Virus record (IMG/VR): IMGVR_UViG_3300009001_000006
Coordinates: 49,833 to 113,832 of that record
Length of the DNA stretch: 64,000 bases
Source: a virus
Direction: 5' to 3' (one strand)
Part shown: in pieces, positions 1 to 8,533 of the stretch
Layout: every line of letters begins with the position of its first letter
Numbering within the stretch: the stretch's first letter is position 1
The notes under the pieces: generated by a model
What the model was told of the DNA's origin: nothing
Database searches by the model: none
The model's input: only the letters and a program-made list of their open reading frames with translations
Position numbers and translations under genes: made by a program

Positions 1-1560
1 AACGGAAAAATTGATTTAGATATTAGTTTAGAAAATATCTGTCTAAGTTGTAATAAAACTTGGAATTTGATTTCTGAGGGTAATACAAAGGGTTGCTTTC
101 AGCTGGAATCTAGGCTCGGTCAAATGATGTCCAAAAAATTAAAACCTAATAATATTGAGCAACTTTCTGCCCTAATTAGTATTATGAGGCCGGGATGTCT
201 AGAGGCTTATCGTGATGGAAAATCGGTTAGCAATCATTATATAGACAAAAAGAATCAAGAAGAAGAAGTAGATTTCTTTCACGAGTCTTTAGAGCCGATA
301 TTAAAAACCACTTATGGAGAAATGGTTTATCAAGAACAGGCTATGCAGATATGTCAGAAAGTAGCTAATTTTGACCTTACTGAAGCTGATAGACTCAGAA
401 AAGCAATTGGTAAGAAAAAGCCAGAAGAAATGAAGAAAATCAAAAAACTTTTCATTAAAAAAACAGCCGAAACCAAAATATTATCAAAAGAAGAAGCTGA
501 TCAGGTATTCGGATGGATCGAAAAAAGTCAGAGATATAGTTTTAATAAAAGTCATGCTGTTAGTTATGCATATAACGCTTATCTATCGGCCTATATTAAA
601 GCTCATTTTCCTAAACATTTTTTTGCATCTTATCTTAAATTTGCTAAAGATAAAATAGACCCGCTCAAAGAAATACAAGAATTAATTAATAACGCCAACC
701 AAATGGGAATTGATGTGTATAAACCAAGCATATCAAAGCCAAGAGAAGAGTTTTTTATAGACGAAAATGATCACCAGATATATTTTGGTCTTACTGATAT
801 TAAGGGCGTTGGGGGATCTGTATATCAAAAAATTATAGAGATATTAAATAATATTAATCTTAAAGATATTAGTTTTGGAGAATTATATTGTAAATTTTTT
901 CAACATATTAATTCTACAGCCGTTAAAGCCCTGATTTCTGTTGGCGCTATAGACTGTTTGTCTATCTCAAGAAATAGAATGCTATTCTACTATGATTGTT
1001 TAAATAATTTAACAAGTAGAGAGTCGGGTGTTATTGAAAATATTTTTCAAAAAGAAAAAGAGATTGATAAAGCTTTAGGTTTATTGGTTGATAATACAGA
1101 AAAGAAATTGACTGCGAAAAGAAAGGATGTTATCCTATCAATTATCAACAGTATACATAAGCCACCCTACAGTCTACAGGATAGTCCAGAATGGATAGCA
1201 AGTAATGAGAGATTTTATTTGGGTATATCTTTGACTTGTCACAAAATAGATGGTTGTGATATTTATTCTGCTAATGTAGAATGTAAAGATTTACTCAAAA
1301 GTGGCTGTCCAAAACAGCCGGTTTTAGGTGCTGAAATTGTAGATATCAATGTTATAAAAACTAAAAGAGGGCTTAATCCAGGTCAAGAGATGGCTTTTGT
1401 TAAAGCAGAGGATTCTACTGGTGCTTGCGATCTGGTTATTTTCCCCGAAGAATTTAATAAATACAAGGATTTACTAATGGAAGGAAATACCCTATTATTA
1501 AAATTAGATAGATCCAAGAATAAGGATTCTTTTATAGTAAAGAAATGCTGGCAAGTGTAG
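1..1560 (+). CDS. dnaE: DNA polymerase III alpha subunit (family C), C-terminal part; frame open from base 1 (5' truncated by window)
   Basis: Motifs GCFQLES, ALISIMRPG, LKTTYGEMVYQEQAMQI, EADRLRKAIGKK, YSFNKSHAVSYA, FGLTDIKGVG (HhH) and a C-terminal OB fold (MAFVKAEDSTG..DLVIFP). Frame 1 has no stop from base 1 to 67. Confidence 0.95.
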   Translation, partial: NGKIDLDISLENICLSCNKTWNLISEGNTKGCFQLESRLGQMMSKKLKPNNIEQLSALISIMRPGCLEAYRDGKSVSNHYIDKKNQEEEVDFFHESLEPILKTTYGEMVYQEQAMQICQKVANFDLTEADRLRKAIGKKKPEEMKKIKKLFIKKTAETKILSKEEADQVFGWIEKSQRYSFNKSHAVSYAYNAYLSAYIKAHFPKHFFASYLKFAKDKIDPLKEIQELINNANQMGIDVYKPSISKPREEFFIDENDHQIYFGLTDIKGVGGSVYQKIIEILNNINLKDISFGELYCKFFQHINSTAVKALISVGAIDCLSISRNRMLFYYDCLNNLTSRESGVIENIFQKEKEIDKALGLLVDNTEKKLTAKRKDVILSIINSIHKPPYSLQDSPEWIASNERFYLGISLTCHKIDGCDIYSANVECKDLLKSGCPKQPVLGAEIVDINVIKTKRGLNPGQEMAFVKAEDSTGACDLVIFPEEFNKYKDLLMEGNTLLLKLDRSKNKDSFIVKKCWQV

Positions 1561-1562
1561 AC

Positions 1563-1590
1563 TTGACTGCATCAGACAGAGTGCTATAAT
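1563..1590 (+). promoter_or_regulatory. sigma70-type promoter for ssb
   Basis: TTGACT-16nt-TATAAT with extended -10 TG; AGGAG RBS at 1627-1631 before the ATG at 1637. Confidence 0.75.
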
Positions 1591-1636
1591 AGGTTAGATT
1601 GTTACTTAACTTTTTTGAAATGAAATAGGAGCTATT

Positions 1637-2032
1637 ATGAATTTAGTAATTTTGAGAGGCAACCTTGCTAGAGACCCAGAACTTCGTTATGTTAATCCTT
1701 CTGGGAGAGAAACAGCTGTAATTAATTTTACTGTTGCTGTATCTAGAGAATTCACCAAGAATAATGGTGAACAAGATAAGGTTACCACATTTGTTAATTG
1801 TGAAGCCTGGGATACTGGAGCAGAAGCTATCGGAAATTCCTTCAGGAAGGGAGATCTCGTTATGATCGAGGGATCATTAAGAAATGACACCTGGGAAAAA
1901 GATGGTGTTAAAAGATCCACAATGAAGGTTAGAGTTAATAATTTTGCTCGTATACAGAAGGTGTCGAAATCTTCTGGAAAGACGGCAGAGGAAAGTAAGG
2001 ATAGTAGTGAGGAACCCGCTGTAGCCTTCTAG
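1637..2032 (+). CDS. ssb: single-stranded DNA-binding protein
   Basis: MNLVILRGNLARDPELRY...FVNCEAW...KGDLVMIEGSLRNDTWEKDG; acidic tail ending in F. Confidence 0.97.
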   Translation: MNLVILRGNLARDPELRYVNPSGRETAVINFTVAVSREFTKNNGEQDKVTTFVNCEAWDTGAEAIGNSFRKGDLVMIEGSLRNDTWEKDGVKRSTMKVRVNNFARIQKVSKSSGKTAEESKDSSEEPAVAF

Positions 2033-2052
2033 TTTTTTGGTTGCTGTGGTGA

Positions 2053-2091
2053 GTGCGGGAGTCTTGTTGTGGGGGCTCCCGCACATTTTTT
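2053..2091 (+). terminator. intrinsic terminator after ssb
   Basis: GTGCGGGAG...CTCCCGCAC stem followed by a T run. Confidence 0.85.
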
Positions 2092-2110
2092 ATCAGGATA
2101 ATAACTTCTT

Positions 2111-3733
2111 ATGCCCTCTAAAAATAAAAAACTTAAAATCTTATTTTGTACAGAGTCTGGGCATGTACACTCGGGCTACGGTAATTATACCAGATCTCTG
2201 TTAAATCGACTCTATAATAGAAACAAATATCATATTGCAGAATTCTCATGTTATAGAAGTTGTGATATACCTAAAACAGAACCGTGGAAGGTTTATCCAA
2301 ATGCAGTTGTTAAAAATGACGATAGGTATGAATCATATATTGCTAATACCACAAATCAATTTGGGCAATGGCGTTTTGATGTTGTATTAGCAGATTTTAA
2401 GCCTGATGTTGTTGTAGACTTTAGAGATATCTTCATGTCGTTGTATCAGGGAACATCGGTATTTCGTAATAAATTTCATTGGGTTTTAGCCCCAACAATC
2501 GATTCCATACCATTAAAACAAGAATGGTTATCTGCGCTCAGAAACTGCAACACATTATTAACACACACAGATTGGGCCAAAAACGAACTAAACAATATGT
2601 ACGATTTAGATGTTCGTGGGGTGGTCAAAGATTCTGTAGATACTGATATTTTTAAGCCAGAGAAACAAATTTCTGCTAGAAAAAAAACAAACATACCTCT
2701 AGATGCTTTTGTTGTTGGTAGTGTAATGAGAAACCAAAAAAGGAAACTAATACCGAATATTTTAAAAATTACACAAAAGCTAAAACATAAAAACCCAAAT
2801 AAAAAAATATATTTGTATTTACATACCAGCTATCCAGAAGGGCAGGGATGGGATATACCAAGCCTATTATTAAAATATGGTGTGCAATCTAATATTCTAT
2901 TCTCTTATAAATGCAAGCATTGTCAGTCTTGGACACCCATGACATGGCATGGCGAGGTTTGTATATGTCCAAAATGCAATCAGAAAAAATTATCTATTTG
3001 TAATGTAAATAATGGATTATCTGACGATCAACTATCTGATATATATAATTCAATGGATATATATTTACAGTATTCTATATGCGAGGGTTTTGGGATACCA
3101 CCACTAGAAGCTGCTTCTTGTGGCGTTCCGTTTATTTCTGTCAAGCACGGAGCTATGCTGGACTTAGTTAAAAGTCTGGGTGGCTATGGTGTTGATATTA
3201 AAAACGAATTCACAGAACAAGAGAGTGGAGCAGATAGAGTATATCCAGACGACGACCACTGCGTATCGCTAATTACTCAACACATGAATTTAGATATAGT
3301 GGACATGCTGTCTATGAAAAAAAATATTAGAAATAAGGTTTTGGAACAGCACTCATGGGACAAAACATGCACTAATTTTGAAAACATATTTGATAAAATC
3401 AAACCCAAAAAACATCAATGGATACCAATTCCTAAAGAACATTTCGAACAAATCAACACTAGTTTAGATGACCATCAATCAAACAGAGATTTTGTTTATA
3501 GTATGATAAATTCTATCCTAGAAGAGCCAACATTAAAAAAAGAATTTTTTGTACAACAGGTTGTCAAAGCTTTGGATAGTGGCTATATTATGAATGAGAA
3601 GGATGTGGTTGGTTTCAGCAGAAAAGATGCCGTAGATATACTCCAGATGTGGTTTAATAATAAAGTCAATCTAAACAGATTACTAGAAGATACATCTATA
3701 CTAACTAATAAAGATTTCTTAGAGTACAAATGA
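2111..3733 (+). CDS. GT-B (GT4-like) glycosyltransferase with internal Zn-ribbon
   Basis: N-terminal SGYG; VGSVMRNQKRK; EGFGIPPLEAASCGVP (EX7E motif); CKHC...CPKC insertion. Confidence 0.9.
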   Translation: MPSKNKKLKILFCTESGHVHSGYGNYTRSLLNRLYNRNKYHIAEFSCYRSCDIPKTEPWKVYPNAVVKNDDRYESYIANTTNQFGQWRFDVVLADFKPDVVVDFRDIFMSLYQGTSVFRNKFHWVLAPTIDSIPLKQEWLSALRNCNTLLTHTDWAKNELNNMYDLDVRGVVKDSVDTDIFKPEKQISARKKTNIPLDAFVVGSVMRNQKRKLIPNILKITQKLKHKNPNKKIYLYLHTSYPEGQGWDIPSLLLKYGVQSNILFSYKCKHCQSWTPMTWHGEVCICPKCNQKKLSICNVNNGLSDDQLSDIYNSMDIYLQYSICEGFGIPPLEAASCGVPFISVKHGAMLDLVKSLGGYGVDIKNEFTEQESGADRVYPDDDHCVSLITQHMNLDIVDMLSMKKNIRNKVLEQHSWDKTCTNFENIFDKIKPKKHQWIPIPKEHFEQINTSLDDHQSNRDFVYSMINSILEEPTLKKEFFVQQVVKALDSGYIMNEKDVVGFSRKDAVDILQMWFNNKVNLNRLLEDTSILTNKDFLEYK

Positions 3734-4836
3734 AAAATATTCTATATATAGGACCATACAGAGAAAATACTGGTCTTGGTAGATCAGCTAGAAGATATGT
3801 CGATGCTTTAGGTTATAATCTAGATATTAATTTATCTATAAGGCCGATATATTTTACCCCATATCTAGATCATGGTAATGAGGCCGGAAAAGACTATAAC
3901 GAATTTGAAGAAAATAGTAGTGCTTCCTATGATATGGTAATACAACATGGCTACCCAAATTGTTTCGAATATAGGTATGATTTTGGTGAAAATATAGGAA
4001 TAGCAGAAGTAGATACATATGGTATAGGGCATACGGGATGGATTGAGCGCATGAATATGATGGATCGCATCATAACTCCATCTAATTGGTCTAAATCCTC
4101 TATAATGGACGCAGGCTGTAACACACCGGTGCAAGTACTACCAGAACCATTTGATCTTACTAAATTTGATCAAGATTATGAGCCTATGTTTAGCGATAAG
4201 AATAATGATTTTATTTTTTATTATATCGCAAAACATCAGGACAAAAATAATATCAAAGCATTGCTCGCGGCCTTTTTATTAGAGTTTCGCAAACACGACG
4301 ATGTTAAATTAGTGATAAAAACAGATATTAATGGTTTCGATAATCAAGAGTCTGAACATATTGTGGCTTACGATATACAACAGGTAGAGAGAGCCCTTAG
4401 AATTAATGGAAAAAATATACAAGTTCCTAAGGTCATCATTGGTTATTACGAGCAAGAGTATATGTTGAGATTACATAACCAATGCGACTGCTATGTGGAT
4501 GTGTGCAGAGCTGAAGCTTTTGGTGCTTCATCAATTGAATCTATGCTTTTTGGTAATGCTACTATTGTCAATAAAGATACTGGTCCAAATACTTATATCA
4601 ATAATAAAAACGGGTGGGAAATAGACAGTATTCTAACCAATGTATATAGCAAAGACTTTTATATGGAAAATACATTTACCATATATGAAAAATGGAAAGA
4701 GCCATTTCTAGACTCCATCAGAACAAATATGAGATCGGCTTATGAGTCAACACAACAAGAAAGAAAGAACAAAATAAACAATTTTAATAAACAAATTTTT
4801 TCAGAGGAGTCTTTCACTAAGGCTTTATTTCAATGA
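3730..4836 (+). CDS. GT-B (GT4-like) glycosyltransferase
   Basis: ILYIGPY..TGLG; CDCYVDVCRAEAFGASSIESMLFG (EX7E motif); ATGA-type overlap with the upstream gene. Confidence 0.85.
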   Translation: MKNILYIGPYRENTGLGRSARRYVDALGYNLDINLSIRPIYFTPYLDHGNEAGKDYNEFEENSSASYDMVIQHGYPNCFEYRYDFGENIGIAEVDTYGIGHTGWIERMNMMDRIITPSNWSKSSIMDAGCNTPVQVLPEPFDLTKFDQDYEPMFSDKNNDFIFYYIAKHQDKNNIKALLAAFLLEFRKHDDVKLVIKTDINGFDNQESEHIVAYDIQQVERALRINGKNIQVPKVIIGYYEQEYMLRLHNQCDCYVDVCRAEAFGASSIESMLFGNATIVNKDTGPNTYINNKNGWEIDSILTNVYSKDFYMENTFTIYEKWKEPFLDSIRTNMRSAYESTQQERKNKINNFNKQIFSEESFTKALFQ

Positions 4837-5291
4837 ATTCTATAACTGGTATTTTATCTAGAGAATATATTACTAGAAAAGATAAATTAAATATAGTTTG
4901 GACACCAGTGGACCGTTCTGTATTTAAAGAACAAATCAAAAAATTGGGACATAAATTACTATCTTTTGATCATTTGTATTTTGGTAAAGATTCCCCACAA
5001 CTAATTATATGTAATAATAAGGTTTTGTTCTATGAAAAATGTAAAAATATAGCCATTCAATTCCATATACCAATACTAGTAATAGACCATGATCTAAAAC
5101 CCAAAAATATTAATGATAAAGAAAAATACGAATTACCAGCAATGTATAAAATTGCATTAAGCGAAAAAATTGCACAATCATGGAATGAACCCTATCATAA
5201 AATACTTGAACCCGACCAAGTGAATAACACAGAATTATGGATTGACATCATATTTAAAACCTCAAAGAAACTTTTCCAATATTATGAGTAA
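4833..5291 (+). CDS. hypothetical protein, possibly an isolated glycosyltransferase N-terminal Rossmann domain
   Basis: Coupled within the GT operon; QLIICNNK...FHIPILVIDH resembles GT-B N-domain elements. Confidence 0.5.
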   Translation: MNSITGILSREYITRKDKLNIVWTPVDRSVFKEQIKKLGHKLLSFDHLYFGKDSPQLIICNNKVLFYEKCKNIAIQFHIPILVIDHDLKPKNINDKEKYELPAMYKIALSEKIAQSWNEPYHKILEPDQVNNTELWIDIIFKTSKKLFQYYE

Positions 5292-5706
5292 ATCAGTTTT
5301 TTTTCACGTTACAGAACAAGAGCTAAGACCTTCAGAAAGCTCTTATGAAAATATATTAAAAATTAATGAATATAAAGATAATTCATTAGAATCTATAATT
5401 TTACAAGACACCTGTGATTATCTTATAAGAGAAGATGTGCCTGTTTTAATCAAAAAGATATGCGGGAAATTAATATCTGGCGGTAAACTATATATTCAAG
5501 GATCAGACTTCAAGCAGTTGTGTGTGGCTGTTACATTTGATATGATGCCGGAAACAACCATAATGAAGGTATTATATCCCGATAAAAAATCTATTCATAA
5601 TATGGGCGAAATACTAAAATATTTAAAAGACAACGATATGAGTATAGTATTAAAAAAATATATTAATATCTTTGAATATTATATAGAGGCTGTGAAGGGT
5701 GAATAA
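5284..5706 (+). CDS. class I SAM methyltransferase-like protein (degenerate)
   Basis: YKDNSLESIILQDTCDYL...LIKKICGKLISGGKLYI matches the post-motif-I part of methyltransferases. The ATG at 5284 is preferred over the TTG at 5242. Confidence 0.55.
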   Translation: MSKSVFFHVTEQELRPSESSYENILKINEYKDNSLESIILQDTCDYLIREDVPVLIKKICGKLISGGKLYIQGSDFKQLCVAVTFDMMPETTIMKVLYPDKKSIHNMGEILKYLKDNDMSIVLKKYINIFEYYIEAVKGE

Positions 5707-6373
5707 AAACACTAATTTTATATTAGTTGTTGGTAATATGGATAAAAACCATATAGCCGCACAAAAGATATACAAAACCAAATTTCTAGACTATCAAATC
5801 AGTAGTATACTAAATACATATAATAGGTCTAAGGTTTTTGTTGTTGGTTCGTGGTCAGAAGATTTTAAGATGCAAAAAATACCTAGAGTTAAATATATTA
5901 AATATGACACCAATGATCTATCTAATATTGGACTAGCTATTAATAAATCTATAAAATATATTAGTAACTCTTCATTAGCTATAATGAACATAGAAATGTT
6001 TTTTGATCATAAAATTTTATCAAAATTAACAATGAAAAACAATGCTATCATAGTTAATCAAAATAATAAATTCTGCTCTAAAATAGGATGTACCATAGAA
6101 AATAATAAAGTGAGTTTTATTTTTTACGAGCTAGAAAATAAAGTATGCGAATTTGTTTATATACACAAAAATAGTCTGGATAACTTCAAACAAATTATAG
6201 AGGATAAGGTTTCTAATAATATGTATCTATTTGAGATATTAAATATACTAATTGAAAATAATATACAGCTTGATCCCTGTATTACCAATGAAAATATAGT
6301 ACATATATATAACAATAAAGACATAAATAAAATAAGAAAAACACTGAAAAGAATAAAAAATGTTCCTGTATAA
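5699..6373 (+). CDS. sugar nucleotidyltransferase/GT-A-like protein (degenerate)
   Basis: NFILVVG...FLDYQISSI...VFVVG pattern of MobA/NTP-transferase folds; operon context. Confidence 0.45.
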   Translation: MNKNTNFILVVGNMDKNHIAAQKIYKTKFLDYQISSILNTYNRSKVFVVGSWSEDFKMQKIPRVKYIKYDTNDLSNIGLAINKSIKYISNSSLAIMNIEMFFDHKILSKLTMKNNAIIVNQNNKFCSKIGCTIENNKVSFIFYELENKVCEFVYIHKNSLDNFKQIIEDKVSNNMYLFEILNILIENNIQLDPCITNENIVHIYNNKDINKIRKTLKRIKNVPV

Positions 6374-6695
6374 AAATAATATTAATCACCAAGACTTACA
6401 CCTAATTAATTTAGTTAGAGAGGTATCTGGCGAAGAATTTTGTATATTTACAGATCAATTCAATATACATAATAAAGAACTACCATTCTTCCATACTTTC
6501 TACCTAAACCAGCTTGTAAAAAAATATGTTTTAGTATCAAGCGACAAGGATTTAGATAATTTATTATCTATGGGATATGAAAAAGAATATATAATATTAT
6601 TGAGCGATACCAACATCTATAAACACAGGCTACACATTAATATAAATCAAGAAATAGCAGATATAAAATATCAACTACAAGAAATGGTGTCATAA
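6360..6695 (+). CDS. hypothetical protein
   Basis: Overlapping, coupled ORF in the operon. Confidence 0.6.
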   Translation: MFLYKNNINHQDLHLINLVREVSGEEFCIFTDQFNIHNKELPFFHTFYLNQLVKKYVLVSSDKDLDNLLSMGYEKEYIILLSDTNIYKHRLHININQEIADIKYQLQEMVS

Positions 6696-7489
6696 TGATA
6701 AAAGAATATAATAAATTAAATGAACCACAAAAACAAAAATTAATACAAGAACTGTATGTTCAGGATAATAAAAGTTTCCAAGCTATTGCTAAAGAATATA
6801 ATACATATCCGAACAAAATACTTAGGGACGCTAAAAAATTTAATATACCTATCAAAAATAAATCACAAGCACAAAAGAATGCTTTAAAAAAGGGCGTTAT
6901 TAAGCACCCAACAAAAGGTAGGAGTAGGACACAGGACGAGAAAAATAAAATCGGACTAGGTGTCTTAAATACATGGTCTAAGGCTGATGAAAAAACAAAG
7001 AATAAAAAGAAAGATCAAGCTAAAAAACTATGGGACAAAAAAACAGAAGATGAGCGGAACCAAATGCTACAAAAAGCTAATTACGCCGTAAGGGAAAGTA
7101 GCAAAAAAGGGTCCAAGATGGAGCATTTTATTTTAAATTTTTTGGTAGATAATGGTATAAAGGTAGATTTCCATAAAGAGCAATTCTTAGTAAATACCAA
7201 ATTGCAAATAGACCTGTTTTTACCTAAGATAAACGTAGCAATAGAAGTAGATGGCCCATCGCACTTTGAGTCTGTGTGGGGAGAAGAAGTACTTCAAAGA
7301 AACATAGCTTATGATGCAAAGAAAACAGGTTTGATTATTGGTAAAGGATATAAACTAATTAGGGTAAAACAAAAAAGGGATTTCTCAAATACAAGAGCTA
7401 AAATTGTATGCGATAAAATATTGAGTGTAATTAATAATATAGAAAATAACAGCAACAAAGTTACAGAAATAGAGGACAATAATGCCTAG
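6695..7489 (+). CDS. Vsr/DUF559-like endonuclease with basic NUMOD-like DNA-binding region
   Basis: C-terminal KLQIDLFLPKINVAIEVDGPSHF...GYKLIRV; N-terminal HTH and KGRSRTQDEKNKIG NUMOD3-like segment. Confidence 0.75.
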   Translation: MIKEYNKLNEPQKQKLIQELYVQDNKSFQAIAKEYNTYPNKILRDAKKFNIPIKNKSQAQKNALKKGVIKHPTKGRSRTQDEKNKIGLGVLNTWSKADEKTKNKKKDQAKKLWDKKTEDERNQMLQKANYAVRESSKKGSKMEHFILNFLVDNGIKVDFHKEQFLVNTKLQIDLFLPKINVAIEVDGPSHFESVWGEEVLQRNIAYDAKKTGLIIGKGYKLIRVKQKRDFSNTRAKIVCDKILSVINNIENNSNKVTEIEDNNA

Positions 7490-8213
7490 ACCCAAAAAAA
7501 CACAAACAACAGAAACACAGACAGAAGTTAAGGAACAAGGCCAACAATATACGATATGGGATATTGAATGGACAGATTATGTGTTGTCTTTGCTCTCAGA
7601 AGATGAAAAAATTCAAGGCAATCCAACTACAGACGGTTTGAGACGGGTTTTTGAAAAAGCCTTAAACTGCGTACTAGTAGAATCAACATCTGATGTGGTG
7701 CAATCCCCCTGCCCAACCAATGAGAAAAGAGCCACTGTGGTACATTCTCTGAGCTATATTTTAAAAGATATACCCCAAGATAGCCCATTTAATACTATCA
7801 CGGTAAATGGAGCCGCAGACGTTTATTGGGGTAATTGTGACAAGGTGTTCAGGAATCATCCTGTAGCCGTAGCTGAGACTAGGGCAGAGGGTAGGGCTTT
7901 AAGAAGAGCCTTAAGGCTACGTAAAGTACTAGCTGCTGAAGAAGTAGTAGATAGTACAGAAGATGATATTGGTGCTGATAATGTGACCAAAATTACTAAT
8001 AATCAAATTAATTTTATAGACGTCATTGCCAAAAGATTAGATATAAATGTATTATCTATTATTAAAAATCTAGGTATAAATGAAGATAATGTAAAAAACA
8101 TATTGCATGAAGATGCCTTAAGGGTTATTAGAGAGTTATCTTCGTATCAACAAAAAGTAGATGATATACCAGAAGATATTAAAGGTTACGTCAACAACTG
8201 GAGCTTATTATGA
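7482..8213 (+). CDS. putative Rad52/Sak-like single-strand annealing protein
   Basis: GAAD...HPVAVAETRAEGRALRRALRL resembles the Rad52-superfamily helix motif; C-terminal KITNNQINFI linker domain; replication context. Confidence 0.5.
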   Translation: MPRPKKTQTTETQTEVKEQGQQYTIWDIEWTDYVLSLLSEDEKIQGNPTTDGLRRVFEKALNCVLVESTSDVVQSPCPTNEKRATVVHSLSYILKDIPQDSPFNTITVNGAADVYWGNCDKVFRNHPVAVAETRAEGRALRRALRLRKVLAAEEVVDSTEDDIGADNVTKITNNQINFIDVIAKRLDINVLSIIKNLGINEDNVKNILHEDALRVIRELSSYQQKVDDIPEDIKGYVNNWSLL

Positions 8214-8533
8214 AAGTCAAGTATCGAGCAAATGAAAAATTGGAATTTGAGGTAGAAGGTTCTGGGCAAAAAGAGCTTTTTAAAGAACTATCTGCTATTC
8301 AGGAAATTTTTGGTGAAGAACAATGCGGTATGTGTAAGAGCCCTAATATCAAATTTGGTGTTAGAAGTGTAGAAGGTAATGATTATTTTGAAATGAAATG
8401 CTCTAAATGCGGAGCTACACTATCGTTTGGTCAGCACAAGAAGGGCGGAACTCTTTTCCCGAAAAGGAAAGATAATGAAAACAATGAATACCTACCAAAT
8501 AACGGTTGGTATAAGTGGCAAGGTAAAAACTAA
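8210..8533 (+). CDS. zinc-ribbon protein
   Basis: CGMCKS...CSKCGA. Confidence 0.7.
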   Translation: MKVKYRANEKLEFEVEGSGQKELFKELSAIQEIFGEEQCGMCKSPNIKFGVRSVEGNDYFEMKCSKCGATLSFGQHKKGGTLFPKRKDNENNEYLPNNGWYKWQGKN

